Shown here one piece after another: positions 1-7,817 of a stretch of DNA of 64,000 bases. Position 1 is the first letter of the stretch. Each line of letters begins with the position of its first letter. The stretch comes from an uncultured Clostridium sp. (lineage in GTDB: Bacteria; Bacillota; Clostridia; TANB77; CAG-508), in contig CAOJJB010000001.1 of assembly GCA_948436975.1 (NCBI GenBank), positions 14,005 to 78,004 of the forward strand. The letters are read 5' to 3'. A program made the translations under genes and the position numbers. The notes under the pieces are model-generated. The model had not been told where the DNA came from. It worked only from the letters and a program-made list of their open reading frames with translations, and did no database searches.

Positions 1-860
1 CTAATAGCATCTATAAATTGATTTAATAAATTTTCATTATATGTATATGAAAGAGAAATCTTCTTTCCAAATAAATTTGTAAATATTAAAGTATAATTAT
101 TCTCTAATAAATTTCCACTCCTACCCTCTAAATATGCATTTTCAACTGCATTTTGTAATTCATATTTAAATTCAATATCTTCTGGATTTAATGAAACTTG
201 ATAATTTTCTCCATATCTTATATTTACTTCATTTAAAAGTTCCATTTTAATTATTTCGTCTAGTTTTTTTATTGCATCTTCACTATTCAAATTAGAAATA
301 TCTATATCTTTTATTGATATACCTTTTATAATGTTAGTATTATTTAAGTTAAATATTGCAAAAAGTGTTGAAAATGCAATTACTAAAACAAATAGTATTA
401 CAATACACACAAATATGTATAATTTCACCTTTCTATTTTTTAACATCTTTTGTACATATTCTGGTTTATCATCTATTTTTTTTATTGATTTTTCTTTATT
501 ATAGTCATTATTTTTTACATTTAAATTCTCTTTATTTTCATTATTTTTATTTTCTTTAATAACATTATTAATTTTTTTTTCATTTATTGTTTTTTTATTT
601 TTTTCAAGATTTGTATGTAATTTTTTATCTATTTTTTTATTTTCTTTATTATTTATTGATTCTTTACTAATTTTTTTATCTTCATTTTTATTTTTAATCT
701 CATTTTTATCTATTTTCTCATAATTTTTATTATTATCATTACTTTGTATTTCTTTTTGATTTTTTATTTTTTCTTTAGTTTTATTTTGTTTCTCTATATT
801 TGGCTTTTGATTAGAAACTTTTTTATTTTTCTTCCCCTTTTTCTTTTTAGAAGTAGACAT
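1..860 (-). CDS. Partial CDS (C-terminus beyond left edge): membrane-anchored VanW/YoaR-like protein with Lys/Asn-rich N-terminal tail
   Basis: Absent from the ORF track because it runs off the window. Hand translation of the minus strand from ATG 860-858 stays open to base 1: MSTSKKKKGKKNKKVSNQKPNIEK...(about 150 aa K/N/E low complexity)...KVKLYIFVCIVILFVLVIAFSTLFAIF (one TM)...IKGISIKDIDISNLNSEDAIKKLDEII...AVENAYLEGRSGNLLENNY, the pattern found N-terminal to VanW domains. Purine-rich SD (AGGAAAGGA) about 10 nt upstream. Confidence 0.6.
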   Translation of the reverse strand, partial: MSTSKKKKGKKNKKVSNQKPNIEKQNKTKEKIKNQKEIQSNDNNKNYEKIDKNEIKNKNEDKKISKESINNKENKKIDKKLHTNLEKNKKTINEKKINNVIKENKNNENKENLNVKNNDYNKEKSIKKIDDKPEYVQKMLKNRKVKLYIFVCIVILFVLVIAFSTLFAIFNLNNTNIIKGISIKDIDISNLNSEDAIKKLDEIIKMELLNEVNIRYGENYQVSLNPEDIEFKYELQNAVENAYLEGRSGNLLENNYTLIFTNLFGKKISLSYTYNENLLNQFIDAI

Positions 861-1042
861 CTTAAGTCATTCCTTTCCTCTTATATTCATTTTATTATAT
901 TATCATATGTTCTTTTTCTTCGCAATATTTTTTCTACTAGACAATAAAAAAAATTATATATATAATAACAATAAAATAACATTTATTATATTTTATTCAC
1001 TATATTTTTAATTTATTATAAAAAATAAGAGGGGTACAAAAA

Positions 1043-1609
1043 ATGATAGGAAATATGATTTCTAAAATAAGAAAGGAAAGAGGTATTACAAAAACTGAAT
1101 TAGCAAATCAAACTAATATTAATATTGGTCATTTAACACATATTGAAAAAGGCGAACGAAATCCTAGTCATAAAACATTGAAATCTATTTGTTCTGCATT
1201 AAATATTCCATATCAACAATTGTTATATACATATGATAAGACTCTTTCAGAAGAACAAATAGATTATGGGTATATAGATCATATTTCATATAACAAAATA
1301 CCAGCAATTTCAAAAGTAGATGATTATATAAGTTGTCCTTCTGATTTCTCTAATGCTTCTTTTGCATATAAAGTACCAGATTCTGCAATGGCACCTATTA
1401 TAAAAGAAGGTTCATATGCATTTGTAGAAATTAATGGACTTATAGAAAATAGAGCCATAGGGCTATTTAAATTGAATGATAAATACCTTATTCGTAGACT
1501 TCTATATAAAAAAGATAAATTTATTTTAAGAGCTGATAATAAAGAAGTGAAAGATATTACTATAAATTCACGTGATATATTTCAAATCATAGGTCGTGTA
1601 TATATATAA
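1043..1609 (+). CDS. XRE-family HTH repressor fused to S24 (LexA/CI-like) peptidase domain
   Basis: N-terminal HTH_XRE signature (RKERGITKTELANQTNINIGHLTHIEKGERNPS); C-terminal S24-like Ser motif (VPDSAMAPIIKEGSYAFVE) with downstream Lys (YLIRRLLYKKDKFILRADNK); SD GAGGGG 8 nt before ATG. Confidence 0.8.
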   Translation: MIGNMISKIRKERGITKTELANQTNINIGHLTHIEKGERNPSHKTLKSICSALNIPYQQLLYTYDKTLSEEQIDYGYIDHISYNKIPAISKVDDYISCPSDFSNASFAYKVPDSAMAPIIKEGSYAFVEINGLIENRAIGLFKLNDKYLIRRLLYKKDKFILRADNKEVKDITINSRDIFQIIGRVYI

Positions 1610-1714
1610 TTTATTACATTTTAATTACATTTTTATAAAATGTAAAAACTTACTTGAAGAAAAATATTATTAATACTATAATATGTTTATTCATTTACTT
1701 AAGAGGAGAAATTT

Positions 1715-2173
1715 ATGGAATTAATTAAAAATATATTTTTTAATACAGATAGATTAGTAGCAAATAATACAATAAAAATTTCATATACTGGATTATTTTT
1801 TCAATCACAATCTACCAATGTTTATATAAAATATTGTTTTGGTAATGATTGGGAGAATTATACTGAAAGCGAAATGACAAAAACCGAATTAGGATTTCAA
1901 ATAGAAATCGAATTACAAGATAAAGGTTCGTTTAGTTTCTGCTTAAAAAATGAAAATAATGAATGGGACAATAATAATGGAACAAATTATACCTTTAAAA
2001 TTGAACCTCCTGAAACTTCTTTAACCGTTATAGATAATAGTGAAAAATCTATTAGAAGAGTTCGTAAAACTTATATGTGGTCTAAAAAAGTAAAACTTGC
2101 AATATATAAAATGTTAATTTACATACCTAAATTAATTACAGGAAATTATAAAAGAAAGTCAGAAGAACTTTAA
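1715..2173 (+). CDS. Small protein with starch/glycogen-binding CBM-like module (CBM25/26/53-type motif)
   Basis: ENNEWDNNNGTNYTF motif at the end of a ~100-aa beta-type region, as in WDNNxGxNY carbohydrate-binding modules; basic C-terminal tail; SD GAGGAG 6 nt upstream. Confidence 0.5.
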   Translation: MELIKNIFFNTDRLVANNTIKISYTGLFFQSQSTNVYIKYCFGNDWENYTESEMTKTELGFQIEIELQDKGSFSFCLKNENNEWDNNNGTNYTFKIEPPETSLTVIDNSEKSIRRVRKTYMWSKKVKLAIYKMLIYIPKLITGNYKRKSEEL

Positions 2174-2262
2174 TATATAAAAAATGAAAGAAATGTAAGC
2201 ACTTTTTTGTGTATACATTTCTTTTATCATTTTACTATAACAATCTTCTTTTTATATAAAAT

Positions 2263-3339
2263 TTATACTCTTTCTGCTCTTTTTGATTGTGCACCTAATA
2301 TTTTTTCTACTTCTTTATCTACTACAATATTATAATCTTCATTTTCAACATTATATAAAACTTGTCCTAAATAGCCACCATCTTTAATTTTTTGTCTTAA
2401 TCTATCTTCTTCCAGTAGTTTCCTAATTTCTTTACCATAAATACAATTATTTTTTATTTTTTTAAAATCTATATTTTCACTATATACTATATCAATAATA
2501 TTTAAATCATCTGAGAAAATTAAATATTGACTTAATGGTTTATTATTAATTATAATCTTACCTATTTCCTTAATTATAATATCATAATCCATTATCTCAA
2601 TAATATTATCTGTTTCATTTTCAGCTCTTATATCCCCTATATCACCTGATATATCAAGACTTTTAAAACTTTCTTTATCTACTATTCGATAATACCTTAT
2701 TCCATTCCTATTTGCAACTTCTATGTGTCCTATATAACCATTATAGTATATTTGAGATTTATATATATTATCTCTACTTAATAAATTATTTACACAAAAA
2801 TCACAATATCCTTGACTTCTAAATAACTCTTCTAAATTTATTCTTCCATATACACAATCTACAATATTCATATTATTATAATATTGATTTACTTTATATT
2901 TATATATTGTTTCATTATCAATTAAATATTTATCATCAGGTTGAATTTCTATCTTACTTCCATCTCGTCGTTGAAAAATATATTTATTTGTATGTTCTTT
3001 TATTTCGTTTCTTCTTGTCTGAAAAGTTGAATTTTCTTTTCTATTTTCAGTATTATTAATTTCTTTATCATATTTATTTTTTAATTCTTTATAATAACTT
3101 CTATTATTTTCATCTTTTAAAAAATTATAAGCTTCTTGTAATTTTTGAAAATTTGAATTTGCCCCATAACTATTTAAATTTGAATCTGGGTGAATTTTCT
3201 TTGCAGCACACCAATATGATCTTTTCAAAGTCATTTCATCTACATTTTCATCTACATTTAAAATTTCACAATACTCTTTTATCTTCTGATATAATGATTT
3301 TTCATAATCATATTTCATAATTATCAAATATCCTTTCAT
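2263..3339 (-). CDS. J-domain (DnaJ-like) protein with unrecognised internally repeated C-terminal region
   Basis: J-domain signature with HPD (LKRSYWCAAKKIHPDSN...FQKLQEAYNFL). C-terminal part has a repeated GY(I/L)G...Y.IV(V)DKE motif (GYIGHIEVANRNGIRYYRIVDKE / GGYLGQVLYNVENEDYNIVVDKE). Last gene of a 3-gene minus-strand operon (14-nt gap to the SDR gene). Confidence 0.7.
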   Translation of the reverse strand: MKGYLIIMKYDYEKSLYQKIKEYCEILNVDENVDEMTLKRSYWCAAKKIHPDSNLNSYGANSNFQKLQEAYNFLKDENNRSYYKELKNKYDKEINNTENRKENSTFQTRRNEIKEHTNKYIFQRRDGSKIEIQPDDKYLIDNETIYKYKVNQYYNNMNIVDCVYGRINLEELFRSQGYCDFCVNNLLSRDNIYKSQIYYNGYIGHIEVANRNGIRYYRIVDKESFKSLDISGDIGDIRAENETDNIIEIMDYDIIIKEIGKIIINNKPLSQYLIFSDDLNIIDIVYSENIDFKKIKNNCIYGKEIRKLLEEDRLRQKIKDGGYLGQVLYNVENEDYNIVVDKEVEKILGAQSKRAERV

Positions 3340-3353
3340 AATATAAAATATTT

Positions 3354-4085
3354 CTATGTAATAACTAAACCACCATTGGGAGAAATTATTTGTCCAGTTG
3401 TAAACTGGTCTTCAATAAGCCAATTAACACATCTTGTTATATCTATTGGTTGCCCTTTTTTCATTAGAGGAGTTTCTTCCAATATTTGTTTCCATTCATC
3501 TTCTCCTAAATCATTATTCATTTCTGTATCAATTGCACCAGGTGCTATAGAATTTACTCTTATATTAGATGGTCCTAATTCTTTAGCTAGAGCTTTTGTC
3601 ATTCCATCAATACCAGCTTTAGACATAGAATAATGAACTTCACAAGAACCTCCAGTCATTCCATATATAGAAGATAAATTTATAATACAACCACTGTGTT
3701 CTTTTATCATATATTTTACAGTTTCTTGTGTCATAAAAAAAGCTGAATATAAGTTGTTTTTTAACATACTTTCAAAATCTTCATCTGTTATATCTGTAAA
3801 TAGCTTCGCTTGTGCTATACCTGCATTATTTATTAAAATATCAATCTTATTATATTTTTGTATTACAAAATTTACTAATTCAATAACTTTATTTCTTTTA
3901 GATACATCAGCCTTAATTATATCTATTTCTACTCCTTGTCTTTTTAACTCCTCCTGTAATTTAATCGCTTCTAATTCAGATTTATTGTAATTTGCTATTA
4001 TTTTATATCCACTTAAAGCTAAATTATATGCTATATTTCTTCCTATTCCTCTACTTGCACCTGTTACTATAACAACTTTACTCAT
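3354..4085 (-). CDS. Short-chain dehydrogenase/reductase (FabG-like 3-oxoacyl reductase family)
   Basis: TGASRGIG Rossmann motif, NNAG, catalytic S...YSMSK; 243 aa, typical SDR length. Confidence 0.85.
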   Translation of the reverse strand: MSKVVIVTGASRGIGRNIAYNLALSGYKIIANYNKSELEAIKLQEELKRQGVEIDIIKADVSKRNKVIELVNFVIQKYNKIDILINNAGIAQAKLFTDITDEDFESMLKNNLYSAFFMTQETVKYMIKEHSGCIINLSSIYGMTGGSCEVHYSMSKAGIDGMTKALAKELGPSNIRVNSIAPGAIDTEMNNDLGEDEWKQILEETPLMKKGQPIDITRCVNWLIEDQFTTGQIISPNGGLVIT

Positions 4086-4103
4086 AAAAAATCCTTTCTA
4101 CAG

Positions 4104-5741
4104 TTAAAATGGTAGCTTTGGACTATCTGTTAGTTTTACTACTATTATTCCATTAATAATTTTTACTGATGTTTTATCTGGAAAACGTTTCATTTGTTTA
4201 TATTCTTCTCCTGTAACAATTTTATAATAAATATCATTTGGACATGGTACTACATCAATACCATAGAATATTTTTATAAATTTAACCCATGTTCCAATAC
4301 ATCCATTATATGAATCATGAAAGGTTGGATTTGTAACAATAGACCCTACTGTATATGTATATAATGATGAAGTTCTAGGATAGTTATAATTACCTATAAT
4401 TCCACCAAACAATATCGGATATTCCTCATGATAACCATCTGTATTTTCTATTCTATCCATTATTCTCATTGTTGTTGAATACGCTTGATTATAAGTTAAC
4501 TTTAATGCTGCATAAGAAGTATTATCTGCAATATAATAAGTTCCTATTATTCCTATACATGATACTATTGCTAACCATTTAACAATTGGCATCTTATTTT
4601 TCAGATTTTCAAATATAGCCAAAGAAAATGGTATTATTAAAACCATCTGAACTGTAGTAAGTGCATACATACTGTTTTCCACCACTAAAATATCAATTAT
4701 ATTTAAACATATTGGTAAAGCTAGTATAAATATAATAGCAAGAATAATTTTTGTTATTCTTATTTTAAAATTTTTATCTTTTATAGCCATAATAGAAACA
4801 ATTGAAGACAAAGTAAACATTATAAAAAAAATACTATACATTATTTCTCTTCTAAAATTCGTATTATGTACAATTGAATCTCCTAAAAAGAATATTATAA
4901 AATCTTTATATGTTTGCATTAATGTAGTTTTTAAACCTACTAATATTCCAAATATAGAAATATTTTCTGCCCCTTTATAATTAGCAAATTCTAAATTTAA
5001 TACGTTTAATACCACTTTAGTAGTAATATAATATAAAATTCCTCCACAAATTATAACTATAATTGTTTTTAAAATGTCTATAACAATTTCTTTAATTGTT
5101 TTTTGGTTTCTTATCAAATCTAATACACTTATCATAGCACATAATCCAATACTTACACCTATATAGCTTTGATAAATACTTAATGAAAACATAAAGCATA
5201 TAATAGAAAATATAAAACCTAATTTTTTATAATTAAATTTATATAATAACCAAATAACCAATATTGAAATTAGAAAGTTAAAACAATATGCAAAAGATGT
5301 ATATATATATAACAAAGTTACAGTAAGTGTTGGAGTTACTACCAATATTAAAGAAGTTAAAACAATAGAAATTTTACTTTTAATATTAAATAAATCTATT
5401 ATAAAAACAGCTGCTATTGACATTACTAAAATACATGATATCGTTGAAACTGTTGGTATTGCTATAAAATGATTTAATCTTTCTATTAAAGCAATTCCCC
5501 ATCTTCCAAGTGTACTTTCCCATGCACCTGGTCTGAAATATTCCATAGAATTCCATAATCCATCTTGACTCATTATTGTTTCTGTTATCATTGTTATATG
5601 TGTTATTATGCCTGCTATAAGAGCCACTAAAAAGGCTAATTGTTTTCTACTGTCAAACCATTTCATAAATTTGTTCAACGCTTCTTCTGGTGTAAAAATT
5701 ATTACTTTTTTATTTTCTTCTTCCATTAGTTTATTCCCCAA
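4104..5741 (-). CDS. Polytopic membrane protein, possibly GtrII/glycosyltransferase-C-like
   Basis: 545 aa with at least 10 hydrophobic segments followed by a soluble C-terminal ~130 aa; overall architecture resembles membrane glycosyl (GtrII-type) transferases. The functional call is weak. Confidence 0.4.
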   Translation of the reverse strand: MGNKLMEEENKKVIIFTPEEALNKFMKWFDSRKQLAFLVALIAGIITHITMITETIMSQDGLWNSMEYFRPGAWESTLGRWGIALIERLNHFIAIPTVSTISCILVMSIAAVFIIDLFNIKSKISIVLTSLILVVTPTLTVTLLYIYTSFAYCFNFLISILVIWLLYKFNYKKLGFIFSIICFMFSLSIYQSYIGVSIGLCAMISVLDLIRNQKTIKEIVIDILKTIIVIICGGILYYITTKVVLNVLNLEFANYKGAENISIFGILVGLKTTLMQTYKDFIIFFLGDSIVHNTNFRREIMYSIFFIMFTLSSIVSIMAIKDKNFKIRITKIILAIIFILALPICLNIIDILVVENSMYALTTVQMVLIIPFSLAIFENLKNKMPIVKWLAIVSCIGIIGTYYIADNTSYAALKLTYNQAYSTTMRIMDRIENTDGYHEEYPILFGGIIGNYNYPRTSSLYTYTVGSIVTNPTFHDSYNGCIGTWVKFIKIFYGIDVVPCPNDIYYKIVTGEEYKQMKRFPDKTSVKIINGIIVVKLTDSPKLPF

Positions 5742-5838
5742 TATTTATTTAATTAATATTATAAAACCAAGAAAGCTTAATGTCAATGACAGTTCATTAA
5801 TAACATAAAAAATAAGGTAATGTAAATTACCTTATTTT

Positions 5839-5914
<76 letters not shown>

Positions 5915-5948
5915 ATATATATAATTAACCATTCTTATTAAATAAAAG

Positions 5949-6023
5949 TGGTGACCCCTACGGGAATCGAACCCATGTCTCCGCCGTGAAAGGGCGATGT
6001 CTTAACCGCTTGACCAAGGGGCC
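5949..6023 (-). tRNA. tRNA-Glu (anticodon TTC), CCA encoded
   Basis: Reverse complement GGCCCCTTGGTCAAGCGGTTAAGACATCGCCCTTTCACGGCGGAGACATGGGTTCGATTCCCGTAGGGGTCACCA; anticodon loop CTTTCAC. Confidence 0.92.
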
Positions 6024-6055
6024 ATACATTAAAGAATATCTAAAAAGATATTCTT

Positions 6056-6131
6056 TGGTGAGCTATCCGCGACTCGAACGCGGGACAACTTGATTAAAAG
6101 TCAAGTGCTCTACCACCTGAGCTAATAGCCC
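6056..6131 (-). tRNA. tRNA-Lys (anticodon TTT), CCA encoded
   Basis: Reverse complement GGGCTATTAGCTCAGGTGGTAGAGCACTTGACTTTTAATCAAGTTGTCCCGCGTTCGAGTCGCGGATAGCTCACCA; anticodon loop CTTTTAA. Confidence 0.93.
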
Positions 6132-6319
6132 ATAAGTTGTATGGCAATTGCTTAAAAGCAACTGCTTTTATATGATACACTATTTTTTTATACTTGTCAA
6201 CATTTTTTTTATATTTTTTATAAATTTTTGTATAATTATTAATTTAAAAGATTATATTTACTCAAAATCAATATATAATTATTATTTCCAATAACACTAA
6301 TATTATAACTTCAATTATA

Positions 6320-7220
6320 TTATTCAATATACTCAAGAAGTTTACTTGCTGCTATTGAAAGATATTTAGGATTATAAATAATTCCCAAATTATGCATAGA
6401 AGAAATTTCACTAACAGGAAGTTGAAAAAGTTCTCCTGAATCTAATTCATTTTGTATTGATTCTTTTAAGGTATATCCTATTCCATATCCTGCTTTTACT
6501 AAGAAAACAATAGGAGCATGATATGTAAAATCCATAATAGGCTCTAATTTTATATTTCTTTTTTTAAAATCGTTATCTAAAGCAATTCTTTCATAACTAT
6601 TTTGATTTAATAATAATAATGGATAATTAGCTAATTCTTCTAAAGAAACTTTATCTTTTTTAATCAAGTCTTTAAATTTTTTATTACAAAAAAAGCAATG
6701 TGTGATTTCTGAAAAAACTTTAACTGAAAATTTTTGAAATGAAGTATTTTCATCAAATTTACGAATAACCATATCTAATTCATGATTTTCTAACATTTTT
6801 ATCATATCTGTTGCAGGTTTACTAATAATATGAATTTTAATATTAGGATACTTTTTATGATAATTAGAAACATATGGAAATAATCCTACTTGAAATAAAC
6901 TAGGATTGCATCCGAATATTTAGAACTCCATTTATTAATTTTTTATCTTCAATAAAATTCTTTTCGCCTATTAACAATGTTTTATAGCATTCTCTTACAG
7001 AATTATATAATTTTTCTGCTTCTGGTGTAAGAGTAACTCCTTTAGAATTACGATTAAATAATTTTCCACCTAAACCTTCTTCTAAAACTTTTATATTATA
7101 ACTAATAGCAGGCTGTGATACATATAGAAGTTCTGCTGCTTTTGATATACTTTTTGTTTGTGCAACTGTATAAAAAATTTTATAAAGATTTAAATCAAAA
7201 TTGTGATTAATAATATCCAT
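6320..7220 (-). pseudogene. LysR-family transcriptional regulator, frameshifted into HTH (6900-7220) and effector-domain (6320-6805) ORFs
   Basis: N-terminal ORF has the LysR HTH (FYTVAQTKSISKAAELLYVSQPAISYNIKVLEE). The C-terminal frame is open upstream to give ...GCNPSLFQVGLFPYVSNYHKKYPNIKIHIISKPATDMIKML. Removing one base in AATATT-C-GGATGC (about 6913) restores the expected G.L.IG junction (NGVLNIGCNPS). Confidence 0.8.
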
Positions 7221-7368
7221 ATATAAATCTCCTTTATATCAAACATAAATATTATATATTTTACTTATACCTATAAATGTATTATAATATAGTTATATTT
7301 AAAAAACAATATATACAATAAATTTTACTTATAGTAAATAAGGATGTAAAAGTAAGGAAGGTGAAAAT

Positions 7369-7758
7369 ATGGTCAATTCATTAGTAACAAATATAGAAAA
7401 TGAATTAGAAAATAATGTAGTCTTTAAGAAAGTTTTTAAGAACTTTAAAATACCTAAATTAGATATGTTAGAAAAAAATACAGATTTAGTTTACAAATCA
7501 AATGAGTATATGGGATATTATAAAAAAGAAGTATACTTTGATTTAATACCACAAGAAAAAATTTCATCAGTTAGGGGTACATTAAAACTAACTCTTACAT
7601 CTAGTGTAAAAGAATTTGATATTCAAAAAGCAATGCATCTAGTTCCTACAAATGAAATTCACAATGTAAGTGTAACTTTTATGTTATATAATGAAGATAA
7701 TACATGGGATACAGAAAGATACAATTATACATTGTGGAAAAATTTAAAATGTAAATAA
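7369..7758 (+). CDS. Hypothetical small protein (weak C-terminal similarity to the CBM-like motif of 1715-2173)
   Basis: 129-aa ORF with SD (AAGGAAGGTG) upstream; NEDNTWDTERYNYTL loosely echoes ENNEWDNNNGTNYTF. Confidence 0.45.
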   Translation: MVNSLVTNIENELENNVVFKKVFKNFKIPKLDMLEKNTDLVYKSNEYMGYYKKEVYFDLIPQEKISSVRGTLKLTLTSSVKEFDIQKAMHLVPTNEIHNVSVTFMLYNEDNTWDTERYNYTLWKNLKCK

Positions 7759-7786
7759 CTTTATAAACTATTATATATAAAAATAA

Positions 7787-7815
7787 AAACCTCTATACAC
7801 TAGAGGTTTTATTTT
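7787..7815. terminator. Bidirectional intrinsic terminator between convergent genes
   Basis: 9-bp stem AAACCTCTA/TAGAGGTTT (7787-7795 / 7801-7809), 5-nt loop, T-run after it and A-run before it. Confidence 0.75.
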
Positions 7816-7817
7816 GT

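Noticed and set aside
356-947. Plus-strand ORFs 356-559 and 744-947 (F/L/I/Y-rich).
   Set aside because: They are antisense shadows of the K/N-rich tail of the minus-strand VanW-like CDS (1-860). They are low complexity and have no SD.
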